A DNA stretch of 64,000 nt from an uncultured Holophaga sp. (lineage in GTDB: Bacteria; Acidobacteriota; Holophagae; Holophagales; Holophagaceae): contig OY761614.1 in the NCBI GenBank assembly GCA_963664825.1, positions 1,408,710 through 1,472,709 of the forward strand, given 5' to 3'. The position numbers and the translations under genes are program-made. How positions within the stretch are numbered: the first letter of the stretch is position 1; the number at the start of each line of letters is the position of its first letter. Below, in pieces: positions 1 through 9,182 of this stretch. The notes beneath the pieces were generated by a model. That model saw nothing but the letters and a program-made list of their open reading frames with translations, was not told where the DNA came from and made no database searches.

Positions 1-357
1 GATCTGGTACTCCTCGAAGATGAAGTCCCGGCGCAGGAGCGGCACCTTTACCTGCCCGCGCACCTCGGGAAGGTGCTTGTCCTCGCCGGAATAGAGGAAG
101 CGATCCGTGGCCACCGAAACCGCACGAGCGCCATTCTCCACGAGGCTCTTCGCATGAGTGGCCGGCCGGTAACTCGCACGCACCTGCCCCCGCAGCGGAT
201 TGCCCCCCGCCACCTCGGCAATCACGGAAATGCCCGGCTGGCTAAGCTCTTCCTTGAGAGAGTGGTGCCCCCGGTACGCGTCCTTAACTGCGGCGGGACC
301 CTTTTGCTTCTTGATCTCGATGTCCAGCGCCTTGAATATCTGGACTTTTTTCAGCAT
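1..357 (-). CDS. trpC: indole-3-glycerol phosphate synthase, N-terminal part (gene runs off left edge)
   Basis: Own minus-strand translation from ATG at 357-355: MLKKVQIFKALDIEIKKQKGPAAVKDAYRGHHSLKEELSQPGISVIAEVAGGNPLRG...GARAVSVATDRFLYSGEDKHLPEVRGQVKVPLLRRDFIFEEYQI. The ISVIAE, A.SV.TD..F.G and P.LR.DFI...YQI blocks are typical of IGPS. Absent from the ORF track because it is open at the window edge. Confidence 0.7.
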   Translation of the reverse strand, partial: MLKKVQIFKALDIEIKKQKGPAAVKDAYRGHHSLKEELSQPGISVIAEVAGGNPLRGQVRASYRPATHAKSLVENGARAVSVATDRFLYSGEDKHLPEVRGQVKVPLLRRDFIFEEYQI

Positions 358-651
358 TTACGCTCCCTCGGAGGCCCGTGATCGCGGGATCGATTGTTCT
401 GTAGATCTCAAAAGATGATACGACGTCTGATGTTCAACTAAAGCAGCGTTCTCTTACAGGTCAACAAAATTTCGAGTTGCTCGAACAAAATGTAATCCCC
501 GGTTCCGCCTCGCTCAACCCTTTGCGTGTCGACCGAAGCGGAGGACACTACAGGGAGAACGCCCCGTGCATGTGCCGCACACTCCCGTTTCCACTCGATT
601 TCGCACCATTCAACGCCCTTCGACAACCCCTCACCCCAAGGAGAAAACAGG

Positions 652-1278
652 ATGGACGCGATCGTTCTGGATCATCCCCTCGCACACCACAAGCTCACGT
701 TGGCGAGAGACCGGAAGACCAACGGGAGTCTCTTCCGGCAGCTGATGGAGGAACTCGGACTCCTCCTCGCGGTGGAATGCACGCGCGATCTGCCCACGGT
801 CATGATCGTCGTGGAAACACCCATGGAACGCACCCAGGGCCGCTGTTTGAACCCTCTCGATCCGGTGCTCGTACCCGTGCTCCGTGCGGGCCTTGGACTC
901 CTTCCCGCCTTCCTCCAGCTCCTCCCGACAGCAAAGGTCGGCCATCTGGGTCTCTACCGGGATCACGATTCCCTGGTCCCTGTCCCCTACTACCGCAACT
1001 TCCCCCCTCTCCTGGAAGAGCGCCCCGTCTTCGTGCTGGACCCCATGCTCGCCACGGGTGGCAGCGCCTCCGAGGCCGTAAGGCAACTGAAGGCGGCAGG
1101 TGCCCGAAGCATCACACTGGCCTCCGTCCTGGCAGCACCTGAGGGCATCACGCGCCTGCAGGAGGATCACCCCGATCTTCGGATGGTCATCGGCGCGGTC
1201 GATCGCCAGCTGAATGAACGGGGCTACATCCTCCCCGGGCTGGGCGACGCTGGGGACCGCATCTTCGGCACCGCCTGA
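652..1278 (+). CDS. upp: uracil phosphoribosyltransferase
   Basis: Track ORF 526..1278. Internal ATG at 652 is preceded by AAGGAGAAAACAGG. MDAIVLDHPLAHHKLTLARDRKTN...VLDPMLATGGSA...GYILPGLGDAGDRIFGT is the UPRTase pattern. Confidence 0.9.
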   Translation: MDAIVLDHPLAHHKLTLARDRKTNGSLFRQLMEELGLLLAVECTRDLPTVMIVVETPMERTQGRCLNPLDPVLVPVLRAGLGLLPAFLQLLPTAKVGHLGLYRDHDSLVPVPYYRNFPPLLEERPVFVLDPMLATGGSASEAVRQLKAAGARSITLASVLAAPEGITRLQEDHPDLRMVIGAVDRQLNERGYILPGLGDAGDRIFGTA

Positions 1279-1298
1279 CATGGACTGAAGGGAAGGAC

Positions 1299-1326
1299 TA
1301 ATCACCATCCAGTGGGTAGCCGATAG
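1299..1326 (+). promoter_or_regulatory. candidate sigma28 (FliA)-type promoter upstream of fliS
   Basis: TAAT (1299-1302), 16-nt spacer, GCCGATAG (1319-1326), against consensus TAAA-N15-GCCGATAA. The -10 box matches 7 of 8 and the spacer is 1 nt long. It lies 18 nt before the fliS ATG. Confidence 0.4.
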
Positions 1327-1343
1327 GAATCCAGAGGGTAGGC

Positions 1344-1781
1344 ATGCAGACAGACGTCGAAGGGAAGGCCGCAAATCAATATCTGGCCCAACGCATCCAG
1401 GGCGCGAGCCCGGAGCAGATTGTGGCCATGCTTCTGGAAGGGGGGCAGCGCTTCCTCAATCTAGCCCTCAAGGCCATGAAGGACCGCGATCTTCCGAACC
1501 AGGCCCGCTATGTGAACCGCGTCGCCGATATCCTCGTCGGCCTGAGTGAGCGGCTCAATCACGAAGAGGGTGGCGAACTGGTCGAGAACCTCGTCCGTAT
1601 CTACGATTGGTGGACCAACGAACTCTTCGATGGCGCCATGAACAGCCAGCCGGATCGGCTCCAGAGGATTCTCAATCAGATGGGTGAGCTGCGAGGCACT
1701 TGGGAAGAACTGCATAGGCGTAAGACCCAAGGTGGACAGGTCTCGAATCCCACCAATTCCCTGGGCGAGCTGACGGTTTGA
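1344..1781 (+). CDS. fliS: flagellar export chaperone FliS
   Basis: 145 aa. NQYLAQRIQGASPEQIVAMLLEGGQRFLNLA...ARYVNRVADILVGLSERLNHEEGGELVENLVRIYDWWTNEL matches the FliS four-helix-bundle family pattern. It lies in a flagellar filament locus. Confidence 0.85.
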   Translation: MQTDVEGKAANQYLAQRIQGASPEQIVAMLLEGGQRFLNLALKAMKDRDLPNQARYVNRVADILVGLSERLNHEEGGELVENLVRIYDWWTNELFDGAMNSQPDRLQRILNQMGELRGTWEELHRRKTQGGQVSNPTNSLGELTV

Positions 1782-2065
1782 GCGATGAGGAAGTGAGGTC
1801 CGCCCTGGATTCCATGGAGCAGATGCTTCAGGGGGAACCCATGGATGCGGAGGCCATCGCGGCCTGGCGGCAGCGCTATGCCGCGGCCCTGGCTACTGCG
1901 GAAAAAGGGGAAGGGTGGTCCGAAACCACAGCCCGTGCCCGAGGTTTAGCGGAGCAACTCCACGCTGCCGTGAAAGTCCTTTCCCTTCGAAAAGCCGCGC
2001 TGCAAAAAGCGCAGGGCCTCCAGGCTCAGGGTGCCCGCGCCCTCAAGGGCTATCGACCCTATTGA
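1778..2065 (+). CDS. hypothetical small helical protein downstream of fliS
   Basis: 95-aa ORF with a TTG start overlapping the fliS stop (TTGA). Ala/Gln-rich helical sequence with no family recognised. Its position suggests a FliT-like or flagellar accessory role, but that is inference only. Its 3' end overlaps the convergent GT gene by 7 nt. Confidence 0.35.
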   Translation: MSDEEVRSALDSMEQMLQGEPMDAEAIAAWRQRYAAALATAEKGEGWSETTARARGLAEQLHAAVKVLSLRKAALQKAQGLQAQGARALKGYRPY

Positions 2066-3525
2066 CCGCCCCCTAGATCAGCAAGGACTCGTTGGATCAC
2101 GGATCCCCAGTCGCCGGGGCTGGGTTGACGGTAGATCTGCAGGTTCGGATACCAGGGGCTATCCTCCCGGTGGAGCATCCATCGGAAATCCGGTTGGAAG
2201 GGCAACAGGAGCAGGGTTGGAATGCCCAGGGCCCCAGCCAGATGGACCAGGACCGTGTCTACCGTGACCACCAGATCCATGCCGCTGAGGGCATAGGCGG
2301 TATCTGAAAAATTACTGAGCAGCGGAGCCAGGGAGGCCCAATTCCTCAAGGGTGGCTGCTCGGCCTGACCCAGTTGGAAACTGTGCCAATAAACGCCTGG
2401 AAGGCCGTCCAATGGACGGAGATCCTCCGGAGGAATGGATCGCTTGGCATCCCCTTTGTGATCGGGATTCCCCGCCCAGACCAACCCGACGCGAGCACCT
2501 CCATCAAAAGTTGCCAGGATTTCCTGGATGCTGTCCCGGTTCGGCACGCGCTCTGGCACATCCAGATAGGGCACGGCCCCAGGGATGCTCGCCAGGGTCG
2601 TCCGAAAGATCGCAGGCAGAGACATTAGGGACACCTGGAGATCGAAGGGCGGCAGTTCCGCGCCCTCTGGGATCACCCGATCCACCCCTGAGCAGGTGGC
2701 CACCAGATCCGCCAGTGGCGGCTGCACCATCAAGATGACCGTGCCCCCCAGAACCTTCACCAGGGGCAGGTACCGAATGAACATGAGCGTGTCCCCGAAG
2801 CCCTGTTCGAAGTGGACCAAGAGCGTTCGCCCTCGGAAGGGTTCGCCGTTCCAACGGGGCTCTGTGAAATTTCGTGGAGGCGTGATGCGACCTGGCACCC
2901 TCAGCCGGGATTCGGACTGGATCCAGCCCTGGGGCATCTCTCCGAACATCAGCTGCATGTGGCTTCGCTCGTACTCAGCCTCGGGACCGGAGAACACATC
3001 CAACTGGCGCTCCATGTCCTTGCGGAGTTCGGTCCAATCACCCTGCCAGATGTAGATGTTGTTCAAGCGGCGCCGTGCCATTTCATGGGAAGGCTGACCT
3101 TCCAGGAGTCGCTCCAGGATGGCACGGGCGCCTCCCAGATCCTTCGTCTTGACCAGAACATCGGCCATCACCAGCTGGGCATCCACATTCCGGGGATCCC
3201 TGGCCAACACGCATCGACTCAGGAATCCGGCCTCGTCCACCCTCTCCAGCTGCAACAAGGCATGAGCCAGGTTCACCATCGCCGAAGAGTGATATGGATC
3301 GAGACCCAGGGCCGTCCGACAGGATTTTTCGGCTTCATCCAGGCGGCCCATCACCAGCAGCAGGCCTCCGTAGTCCGCCCAGCCTTCCGCATGGCCAGGC
3401 TCCACCTCCAGGAACGCGCGATAGGCCTTCCGGGCCTCCTCCTGGCGCCCAGCCCTATCCAGCGCCTGTGCCTTGGCAAGCATCTCGATATGCGGCGAAC
3501 AGGGGAGGGAAGGCCTCTCCGACAT
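2059..3525 (-). CDS. TPR-repeat + GT-B (GT9/heptosyltransferase-like) glycosyltransferase, paralogue 1
   Basis: 488 aa. N-terminal TPR-like repeats (KAYRAFLEVEPGHAEGWADYGGLLLVMGRLDEAEKSCRTALGLDP...). C-terminal blocks HFEQGFGDTLMFIRY, NFSDTAYALSGMDLVVTVDTVLVHLAGALGIPTLLL, PDFRWML, DSPWYPNLQIYRQPSPGDW. Confidence 0.75.
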   Translation of the reverse strand: MSERPSLPCSPHIEMLAKAQALDRAGRQEEARKAYRAFLEVEPGHAEGWADYGGLLLVMGRLDEAEKSCRTALGLDPYHSSAMVNLAHALLQLERVDEAGFLSRCVLARDPRNVDAQLVMADVLVKTKDLGGARAILERLLEGQPSHEMARRRLNNIYIWQGDWTELRKDMERQLDVFSGPEAEYERSHMQLMFGEMPQGWIQSESRLRVPGRITPPRNFTEPRWNGEPFRGRTLLVHFEQGFGDTLMFIRYLPLVKVLGGTVILMVQPPLADLVATCSGVDRVIPEGAELPPFDLQVSLMSLPAIFRTTLASIPGAVPYLDVPERVPNRDSIQEILATFDGGARVGLVWAGNPDHKGDAKRSIPPEDLRPLDGLPGVYWHSFQLGQAEQPPLRNWASLAPLLSNFSDTAYALSGMDLVVTVDTVLVHLAGALGIPTLLLLPFQPDFRWMLHREDSPWYPNLQIYRQPSPGDWGSVIQRVLADLGGGQ

Positions 3526-4713
3526 CTAGGCACTCTCCATCAAGTCGCCCAGCACCTCCTGAATCACGGAATTCCAATCCCCCGGAATACTCTGTCGGTA
3601 GATCCGAAGGGTCGGATACCAGGGGCTATCCTCCCGGTAGAGCATCCACCGAAAGTCCGGCTGGAAATGCACCAGCAGAAGGGTCGGGATACCCATGGCG
3701 CCGGCGAGATGAGCCAGGGCCGTATCCACGGTGATCACCAGGTCCATGCCGCTGAGGGCATAGGCCGTATCCGAGAAGGATTGCAGCGCTGGCGCGAGTG
3801 GGACGATACCAGGCAGGGGTGCGTCGGCCAGGACCCCGAACTGGAAACTGTGCCAGGCCGCCCCGGGGATTGCCCCCAGGGGTTCCAACGCCTTGCGCGG
3901 AATGGATCTCTCCTTGTCCCGGGCATGATTGGGACTGCCAGCCCAGGCACACCCGATCCGAAGTTTCCCCTGGGAAGCTACAAGAGCTCTGGCGATGCGA
4001 TCCCGGTTGGGCACCCGCTCCGGCACATCCAGGTAGGGGATTGCCGCCGGAATCGTGCCCAACTCCGTCCGGAAGACATGGGGTAGGGAAGGCAGTGGAA
4101 GCTGAAGATCAAAATCCGGAAGGGGAGCTCCCTCCGCAATGACTTCGTCGAACCCCACACAGGTGGCAATCACGTCCGCCAGCGGTTTCTGGGCAAGCAA
4201 AATCACCCGCCCCCCCAGGGCCTTCACCATCGGCGCGTAGCGGGCAAACATGAAGGTATCGCCAAAGCCCTGTTCGAAGTGCAGGAGCAGCGTCCTACCC
4301 GGAAAGAGTTCTCCCTGCCAACGAGGCTGCGCGAAGGCTCGCTTGGGCTTCACCTTCCCAGGGATCCGAAGCCTGGATTCATACTGGTCCCATCCCTTGG
4401 GCATCTCGCCGAAGAGCAGGCTCAAGTAGCCGCGCTCGTACTCGGCCACGTCAGCGGGGTACTTTTTCTTCAAGATATCCCGCTCCATTTCGGAACGAAG
4501 ACCCAGCCAGTTGATTTCCCGAATATAAAGAGCCGCCCTGACCCCGTGGGCCTGAGCATGATCCGGGTCCAACGCAAGGGCGGCCTGAATCGCCTCTCCC
4601 GCCTGGTCCAATTCCCCTTCGGCCAGGAAACGCTGAGCCTGGCCGATGAGTCCCTCGAGACCCGTGGCAATGGCCTGCTGCCCCTTGAGGTTTTTCGCTG
4701 GATGCGGATTCAC
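3526..4713 (-). CDS. TPR-repeat + GT-B glycosyltransferase, paralogue 2 (short TPR region)
   Basis: 395 aa with a GTG start at 4713 and an AGGTGA-like RBS. Its TAG stop directly abuts the ATG of paralogue 1. HFEQGFGDTFMFARY, SFSDTAYALSGMDLVITVDTALAHLAGAMGIPTLLL, DSPWYPTLRIYRQ. Confidence 0.75.
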   Translation of the reverse strand: MNPHPAKNLKGQQAIATGLEGLIGQAQRFLAEGELDQAGEAIQAALALDPDHAQAHGVRAALYIREINWLGLRSEMERDILKKKYPADVAEYERGYLSLLFGEMPKGWDQYESRLRIPGKVKPKRAFAQPRWQGELFPGRTLLLHFEQGFGDTFMFARYAPMVKALGGRVILLAQKPLADVIATCVGFDEVIAEGAPLPDFDLQLPLPSLPHVFRTELGTIPAAIPYLDVPERVPNRDRIARALVASQGKLRIGCAWAGSPNHARDKERSIPRKALEPLGAIPGAAWHSFQFGVLADAPLPGIVPLAPALQSFSDTAYALSGMDLVITVDTALAHLAGAMGIPTLLLVHFQPDFRWMLYREDSPWYPTLRIYRQSIPGDWNSVIQEVLGDLMESA

Positions 4714-4743
4714 ATTTCACCTTTCATGACATCCGTTTCGGAA

Positions 4744-6204
4744 TTATGCCTCGGGCTCACTCAGATCCCGAAGGATATCCCCGATGACTGATGCCCAATC
4801 CCCAGGGCGAGGCTGGCGGTAGATCCGCATCGCGGGATACCAGGGACTATCTGAACGCCCCAACATCCAACGCCAATCAGGGAGGTAGGAGATCAGGAGC
4901 AGCGTAGGAATACCCAGAGCCCCAGCGAGATGGGCCAAGGCAGTATCCACCGTGATCACTAGGTCCATGCCACTGAGGGCGTAGGCGGTGTCCGAGAAGT
5001 TGTTCAACAAGGGGCCCAGGGAAATGAGGTTGGAAACCGAAGGGAGTTCCCTCACCCCTGGCTGGAGGACACACCAAGTCACATTGGGCAGAACATCGAG
5101 GGGTGCGAGGAGTTCAAGAGGGATGGAGCGCTGGGAATCCCTGACATGGGCGGAGCTACCAGCCCAAGAAAGCCCCACCCGCGTCTGGCCCTGGGAAGGC
5201 ACTAGGATCTCAGCAATCCCTTCCCGGTTTGGCACATGTTCCGGAATACCCAAATAGGGAACCTCGGCAGGAATGGAATCGAGGTCTGTTTGAAACACTC
5301 TCGGAAGGCTGAGCAAGGGCAGATGGAAATCGAAGCCCGGCAGGGGAGCTCCTTCGGGGATAACCTCATCCACCCCGGGACAAGTCCCCATTAGATCCTT
5401 CAACTCTGCCTGGGCCAGCAATAGGACTCTCCCGCCACGGCGCTTCACCATGGATGCGTAACGCACGAACATCAGGGTGTCGCCCAATCCCTGTTCACAG
5501 TGCAACAACAGAGTCTGACCCTCGAAAGATTGCCCGTTCCAGAGCGGCTGGGGAAATTCCCGTTTTAAGGCTTCGACGCCCGGAAGCTCCCAGCGGGACT
5601 CCTGTTGTTCCCAGCCCTCGGCCGTGGCCCCAAAAGCGAGATTCACGCAGCTTCGCTCCCATTCCGCCTGGGCACCGATATAATCAGTGTTCACGCGGCG
5701 GAGCATCTCTAGGCGCAAGGCTGGCCAGTCCTCCTGCTGGATGAGGACCTGGATGAGCAGATGAGTGACCATCGGATTGCCGGGCGCCTGCGCCGCAGCC
5801 CGTTCCAGGACAGACCGAGCCTGCGCCAAGTGGTTTCGCTGCATCAAGGACCACGCCAGATCCAAGCGGGCTTCCAATCTCTCAGGAACCGCCGCCAGCA
5901 ACCGTTCAAACAGGGCCCCAGATTCCTCCCAGTGACCCAATCTGTGATGAGCCTTCGCGAGATTGGCCAGGATGCGAGGATTGTTCGGATCCATTCCAAG
6001 GGCTCTGGCAAGGGCCTCTCGGGCATCCTCAAGTCGATTCATGGAGAGCAGCAGGTCACCATACTCGGCCCAGGCTTCGAACATTTCCGGATGGAGCATC
6101 AACAGATTCCGATAAGCCGCGAGGGTCCGAGGGTCTTTGCCCAAACACCCCTGGACCCGGACTTTTTCAAGCATCTCCCAAGGGGTTTCAGGAACGTCCA
6201 TCAT
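4744..6204 (-). CDS. TPR-repeat + GT-B glycosyltransferase, paralogue 3
   Basis: Track ORF 4744..6300 trimmed to the ATG at 6204-6202, which forms an ATGA overlap with the stop of paralogue 4. HCEQGLGDTLMFVRY, NFSDTAYALSGMDLVITVDTALAHLAGALGIPTLLL, DSPWYPAMRIYRQPRPGDW. Confidence 0.75.
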   Translation of the reverse strand: MMDVPETPWEMLEKVRVQGCLGKDPRTLAAYRNLLMLHPEMFEAWAEYGDLLLSMNRLEDAREALARALGMDPNNPRILANLAKAHHRLGHWEESGALFERLLAAVPERLEARLDLAWSLMQRNHLAQARSVLERAAAQAPGNPMVTHLLIQVLIQQEDWPALRLEMLRRVNTDYIGAQAEWERSCVNLAFGATAEGWEQQESRWELPGVEALKREFPQPLWNGQSFEGQTLLLHCEQGLGDTLMFVRYASMVKRRGGRVLLLAQAELKDLMGTCPGVDEVIPEGAPLPGFDFHLPLLSLPRVFQTDLDSIPAEVPYLGIPEHVPNREGIAEILVPSQGQTRVGLSWAGSSAHVRDSQRSIPLELLAPLDVLPNVTWCVLQPGVRELPSVSNLISLGPLLNNFSDTAYALSGMDLVITVDTALAHLAGALGIPTLLLISYLPDWRWMLGRSDSPWYPAMRIYRQPRPGDWASVIGDILRDLSEPEA

Positions 6205-7673
6205 GCTTCGCCCTGGCCCAAATCCCGAAGGATCTCCCCAATGACCGATTCCCAATCCCCGGGCCGGGGCTGCCGGTAGATCCGCATCGTGGGGTACCAA
6301 GGGCTATCCGATCGCTCCAACAACCACCTCCAATCGGGGAAGAAGGGAAGCATCAGGAGGGTCGGAATCCCCAGAGCCCCGGCCGCATGGGCCAGGGCCG
6401 TATCCACGGTAATCACTAGATCCATGCCGCTGAGGGCGTAGGCCGTGTCTGAAAAATTGCTCAACAACGGGGCCAGGGAAACGCTGGGAAGAGGCAACAC
6501 CTCTGTCTCCGGCAGCTGGAAGCTATGCCAAGCAACCCCTGGCAACTCTGCCAGGGGGGCCAACAGACTGGGAGCAATGGATCGCCTCTTGTCGTTTCGG
6601 AAGGCCGAATTCCCTGCCCAGGCATAGCCGATTCTCGTTCGGCCTTCGGAGGCCGCGAGGACCTGGGCCAGCCACTCACGGTTGGGCACACGCCCGGGCA
6701 CGTCGAGATAGGGGATATTGCCGGGAATTTCATCCAGGCTGGTACGGAATACCCTGGGAAGAGAGAGCAGCGATAAATGGAAGTCGAAGGAGGGAAGCGG
6801 ATCCCCATAGGCCACCACCTGGTCCACCCCTGGGCAAGTGCCAACCAGATCCACAAGCGGCGCCTGGACCACCACAACCACTTGGCCGCCTCGAGCCTTG
6901 GCGAGAGGGGCGAAGCGAATGAACATCAGGGTGTCACCGAAGCCTTGTTCCCAGTGGAGGAGTACGGTTTTCCCCGGAAACGGTTCCCCATCCCAAACGG
7001 GCTGTTGGGATGGACCTAACTTGAATTTGAACTGGCGCAAAACTTGGAAACGTACCTCGTACTGCTCCCATCCCAGCGGTAGCTTCCCGAATCTCAGATT
7101 CAGATAACTCTGCTCCAACAGCGCCTCGGGGCATCCCGGCATGGCCCTCAATCGGCGCTCTATCTCCGCCCCCAGGGCCTCCCAATCACCCCGACTGGAA
7201 TGGAGATAGGCCAAATTATTAAAGGCTTCAAAATTATCAGGCTGCCGGGACAGAATCATTTCCAAGTGTTTGAGGGCATCCTCTGGATCCCCTTTCCTGA
7301 TGAGACATTCGGAAAGATCTACTTCCGCATCGATCCGTCGCAGATTCGCGGCCAGGATCTGCCGGAATATGTGCTCGGCCTCCTCCAGGCGTTCCTGTTT
7401 CAGTCTCGTACAACCGAGGTTGATTTGGGCTTCAGGATGAGCGGCATCCATTCCTAAGGCCCTTTCGCAAGCCTTGGAGGCCTCATCCAGGCGGTTCATG
7501 TTCAGCAACAGACCTCCCAGATCCGCCCAGGCCCCCACGCAGGAGGGCTGGACTACCAGGAAATGTCGATAGGCTTCAAGGGCTTCCGCGGTACGGCCAG
7601 CTCGTTGCAAAGCCTGGGCCTCCTCCCATTGGGCCCATCGGTCATGCGCCACAATCATCCCCTTCTTATCCAA
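6201..7673 (-). CDS. TPR-repeat + GT-B glycosyltransferase, paralogue 4
   Basis: 490 aa from a TTG at 7673. An ATG 5 codons in (7658) with an AAGGGG RBS is an alternative start. HWEQGFGDTLMFIRF, NFSDTAYALSGMDLVITVDTALAHAAGALGIPTLLM, DSPWYPTMRIYRQPRPGDW. Confidence 0.75.
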   Translation of the reverse strand: MDKKGMIVAHDRWAQWEEAQALQRAGRTAEALEAYRHFLVVQPSCVGAWADLGGLLLNMNRLDEASKACERALGMDAAHPEAQINLGCTRLKQERLEEAEHIFRQILAANLRRIDAEVDLSECLIRKGDPEDALKHLEMILSRQPDNFEAFNNLAYLHSSRGDWEALGAEIERRLRAMPGCPEALLEQSYLNLRFGKLPLGWEQYEVRFQVLRQFKFKLGPSQQPVWDGEPFPGKTVLLHWEQGFGDTLMFIRFAPLAKARGGQVVVVVQAPLVDLVGTCPGVDQVVAYGDPLPSFDFHLSLLSLPRVFRTSLDEIPGNIPYLDVPGRVPNREWLAQVLAASEGRTRIGYAWAGNSAFRNDKRRSIAPSLLAPLAELPGVAWHSFQLPETEVLPLPSVSLAPLLSNFSDTAYALSGMDLVITVDTALAHAAGALGIPTLLMLPFFPDWRWLLERSDSPWYPTMRIYRQPRPGDWESVIGEILRDLGQGEA

Positions 7674-7718
7674 GAGAGTCCCGCCATTGGGTTCATTTCA
7701 TCCTGTCATGCAAATCAC

Positions 7719-9173
7719 CTATATTCCATCCGTGAGGCCTCGCACCAGCTCGTTCATCACCGAATCCCAATCGCCCGGACTCGGCTGCCGGAAAATCCGC
7801 AAGGTGGGATACCAGGGACTGTCGTCCCGGTCCAGTAGCCATCGGAAATCCGGGACGTACGTCACCAAAAGCAGGGTGGGAATCCCCATGGCACCTGCAA
7901 GGTGGGCAAGCGCGGTATCCACGCTGATCACGAGGTCCATCCCGCTGAGCGCATAGGCCGTGTCGGAAAAATCACTCAAGAGAGGCGTCAGTGAGACGCA
8001 ACCCGGCAAGGAGGGCTCGTCGGATTGCCCGATTTGGAAACTGTGCCAAGCCACATCCGGCACTGCCTCCAGACAGTTGAGGAGCGCCATCGGGAGCGAA
8101 CGCTCCGCATCCCGAGCGTGGCCAGAATTGCCTGTCCAGACCAGACCAATACGAGTGCGGCCCTCAGAAGCGGCCAGGACCTCGGCAATGGGCCGACGAT
8201 TGGGAACCTGAGGGGGAATTCCCACGTAGGGGATCTCCGACGGTATCGAGCCCAGGTCGGTTTGAAACACCCTCGGAAGTGAATACAGGGAAATCTGCAG
8301 ATCAAAATGCGGTAGGGGGTCCCCTTGAGCAAGGACCTGATCCATACCCTGGCAGGTGGTCAGTAGGCCCGCGAGGGAAGGCTGGACCAGCAATAAGACC
8401 CTGCCCCCCCGCCCCTTCACCAGGGGCAGGAAGCGAACGAGCATCAAGGTGTCCCCGAACCCTTGTTCGTAGTGGACCAGCAGGGTCCTGTCGGCAAAGG
8501 GTTCCCCATTCCAGCAGGGCTCCACGAAATCCCGCTGTGGCGCCACACAACCTGGCACCCGAAGGCGAGCCTCCCACTGCTGCCAGCCGAGAGGCATGAC
8601 GCCCTGGAGGAGGTTCGCGAAACCGCGCTCGAATTCCAGATAGGCCGAGAATGGGTCCTGCCTCTCGTAGCGCTGGAGTTCGGCTCCGAACTCCGCCCAT
8701 TGGCCCTGTCCGTAGAAGATTTGCCCCAAATACTGATGCGCCGACACATTTGCTGGATTCCCCTGGAGAACCTTCTCCAAGACTGTACGGGCCGCCTCCC
8801 AATCCTTTTTCCCTAGTAGGCATTTCGCCAAGGAGAGGCGAACCTCGACCCGGTCAGGCTCCACCGCGAGGACCTTCCTGAACAGCTCTTCAGCCTCGTC
8901 CAGCCGACCATGATGCAGGGAAACGCAGCCCAAATGGTATTGGGCCGATATCTGACCTGGATTCAGGGACAGGGCCTTGCGACAAGCCTTCAGGGCCTCA
9001 TCGTAGCGTTGGAGCCCCAGCAAGATCCCCGCGAAATCCGTCCAGGCCAAAGCATCCAGCGGCTGAGCCTCCAGATACCTCACGAAGGCTTGGGCTATTT
9101 CCTCAGATTCACCGCCCTGTAGAGATTCCCTGAGCAGGGCGAGCAACCTAAGAGCCTTAGCCTTCACACTCAC
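7719..9173 (-). CDS. TPR-repeat + GT-B glycosyltransferase, paralogue 5
   Basis: 484 aa with a GTG start at 9173. HYEQGFGDTLMLVRF, DFSDTAYALSGMDLVISVDTALAHLAGAMGIPTLLL, DSPWYPTLRIFRQPSPGDW. First gene after fliD on the same strand. Confidence 0.75.
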   Translation of the reverse strand: MSVKAKALRLLALLRESLQGGESEEIAQAFVRYLEAQPLDALAWTDFAGILLGLQRYDEALKACRKALSLNPGQISAQYHLGCVSLHHGRLDEAEELFRKVLAVEPDRVEVRLSLAKCLLGKKDWEAARTVLEKVLQGNPANVSAHQYLGQIFYGQGQWAEFGAELQRYERQDPFSAYLEFERGFANLLQGVMPLGWQQWEARLRVPGCVAPQRDFVEPCWNGEPFADRTLLVHYEQGFGDTLMLVRFLPLVKGRGGRVLLLVQPSLAGLLTTCQGMDQVLAQGDPLPHFDLQISLYSLPRVFQTDLGSIPSEIPYVGIPPQVPNRRPIAEVLAASEGRTRIGLVWTGNSGHARDAERSLPMALLNCLEAVPDVAWHSFQIGQSDEPSLPGCVSLTPLLSDFSDTAYALSGMDLVISVDTALAHLAGAMGIPTLLLVTYVPDFRWLLDRDDSPWYPTLRIFRQPSPGDWDSVMNELVRGLTDGI

Positions 9174-9182
9174 TCCTCATGT

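Noticed and set aside
471-485. Palindrome ttcgag-ttg-ctcgaa flanked by caaaat repeats in the trpC/upp divergent region
   Set aside because: Only 6-bp arms. No match to a PyrR binding loop or a known operator. It could be chance in a 294-nt AT-richer spacer.
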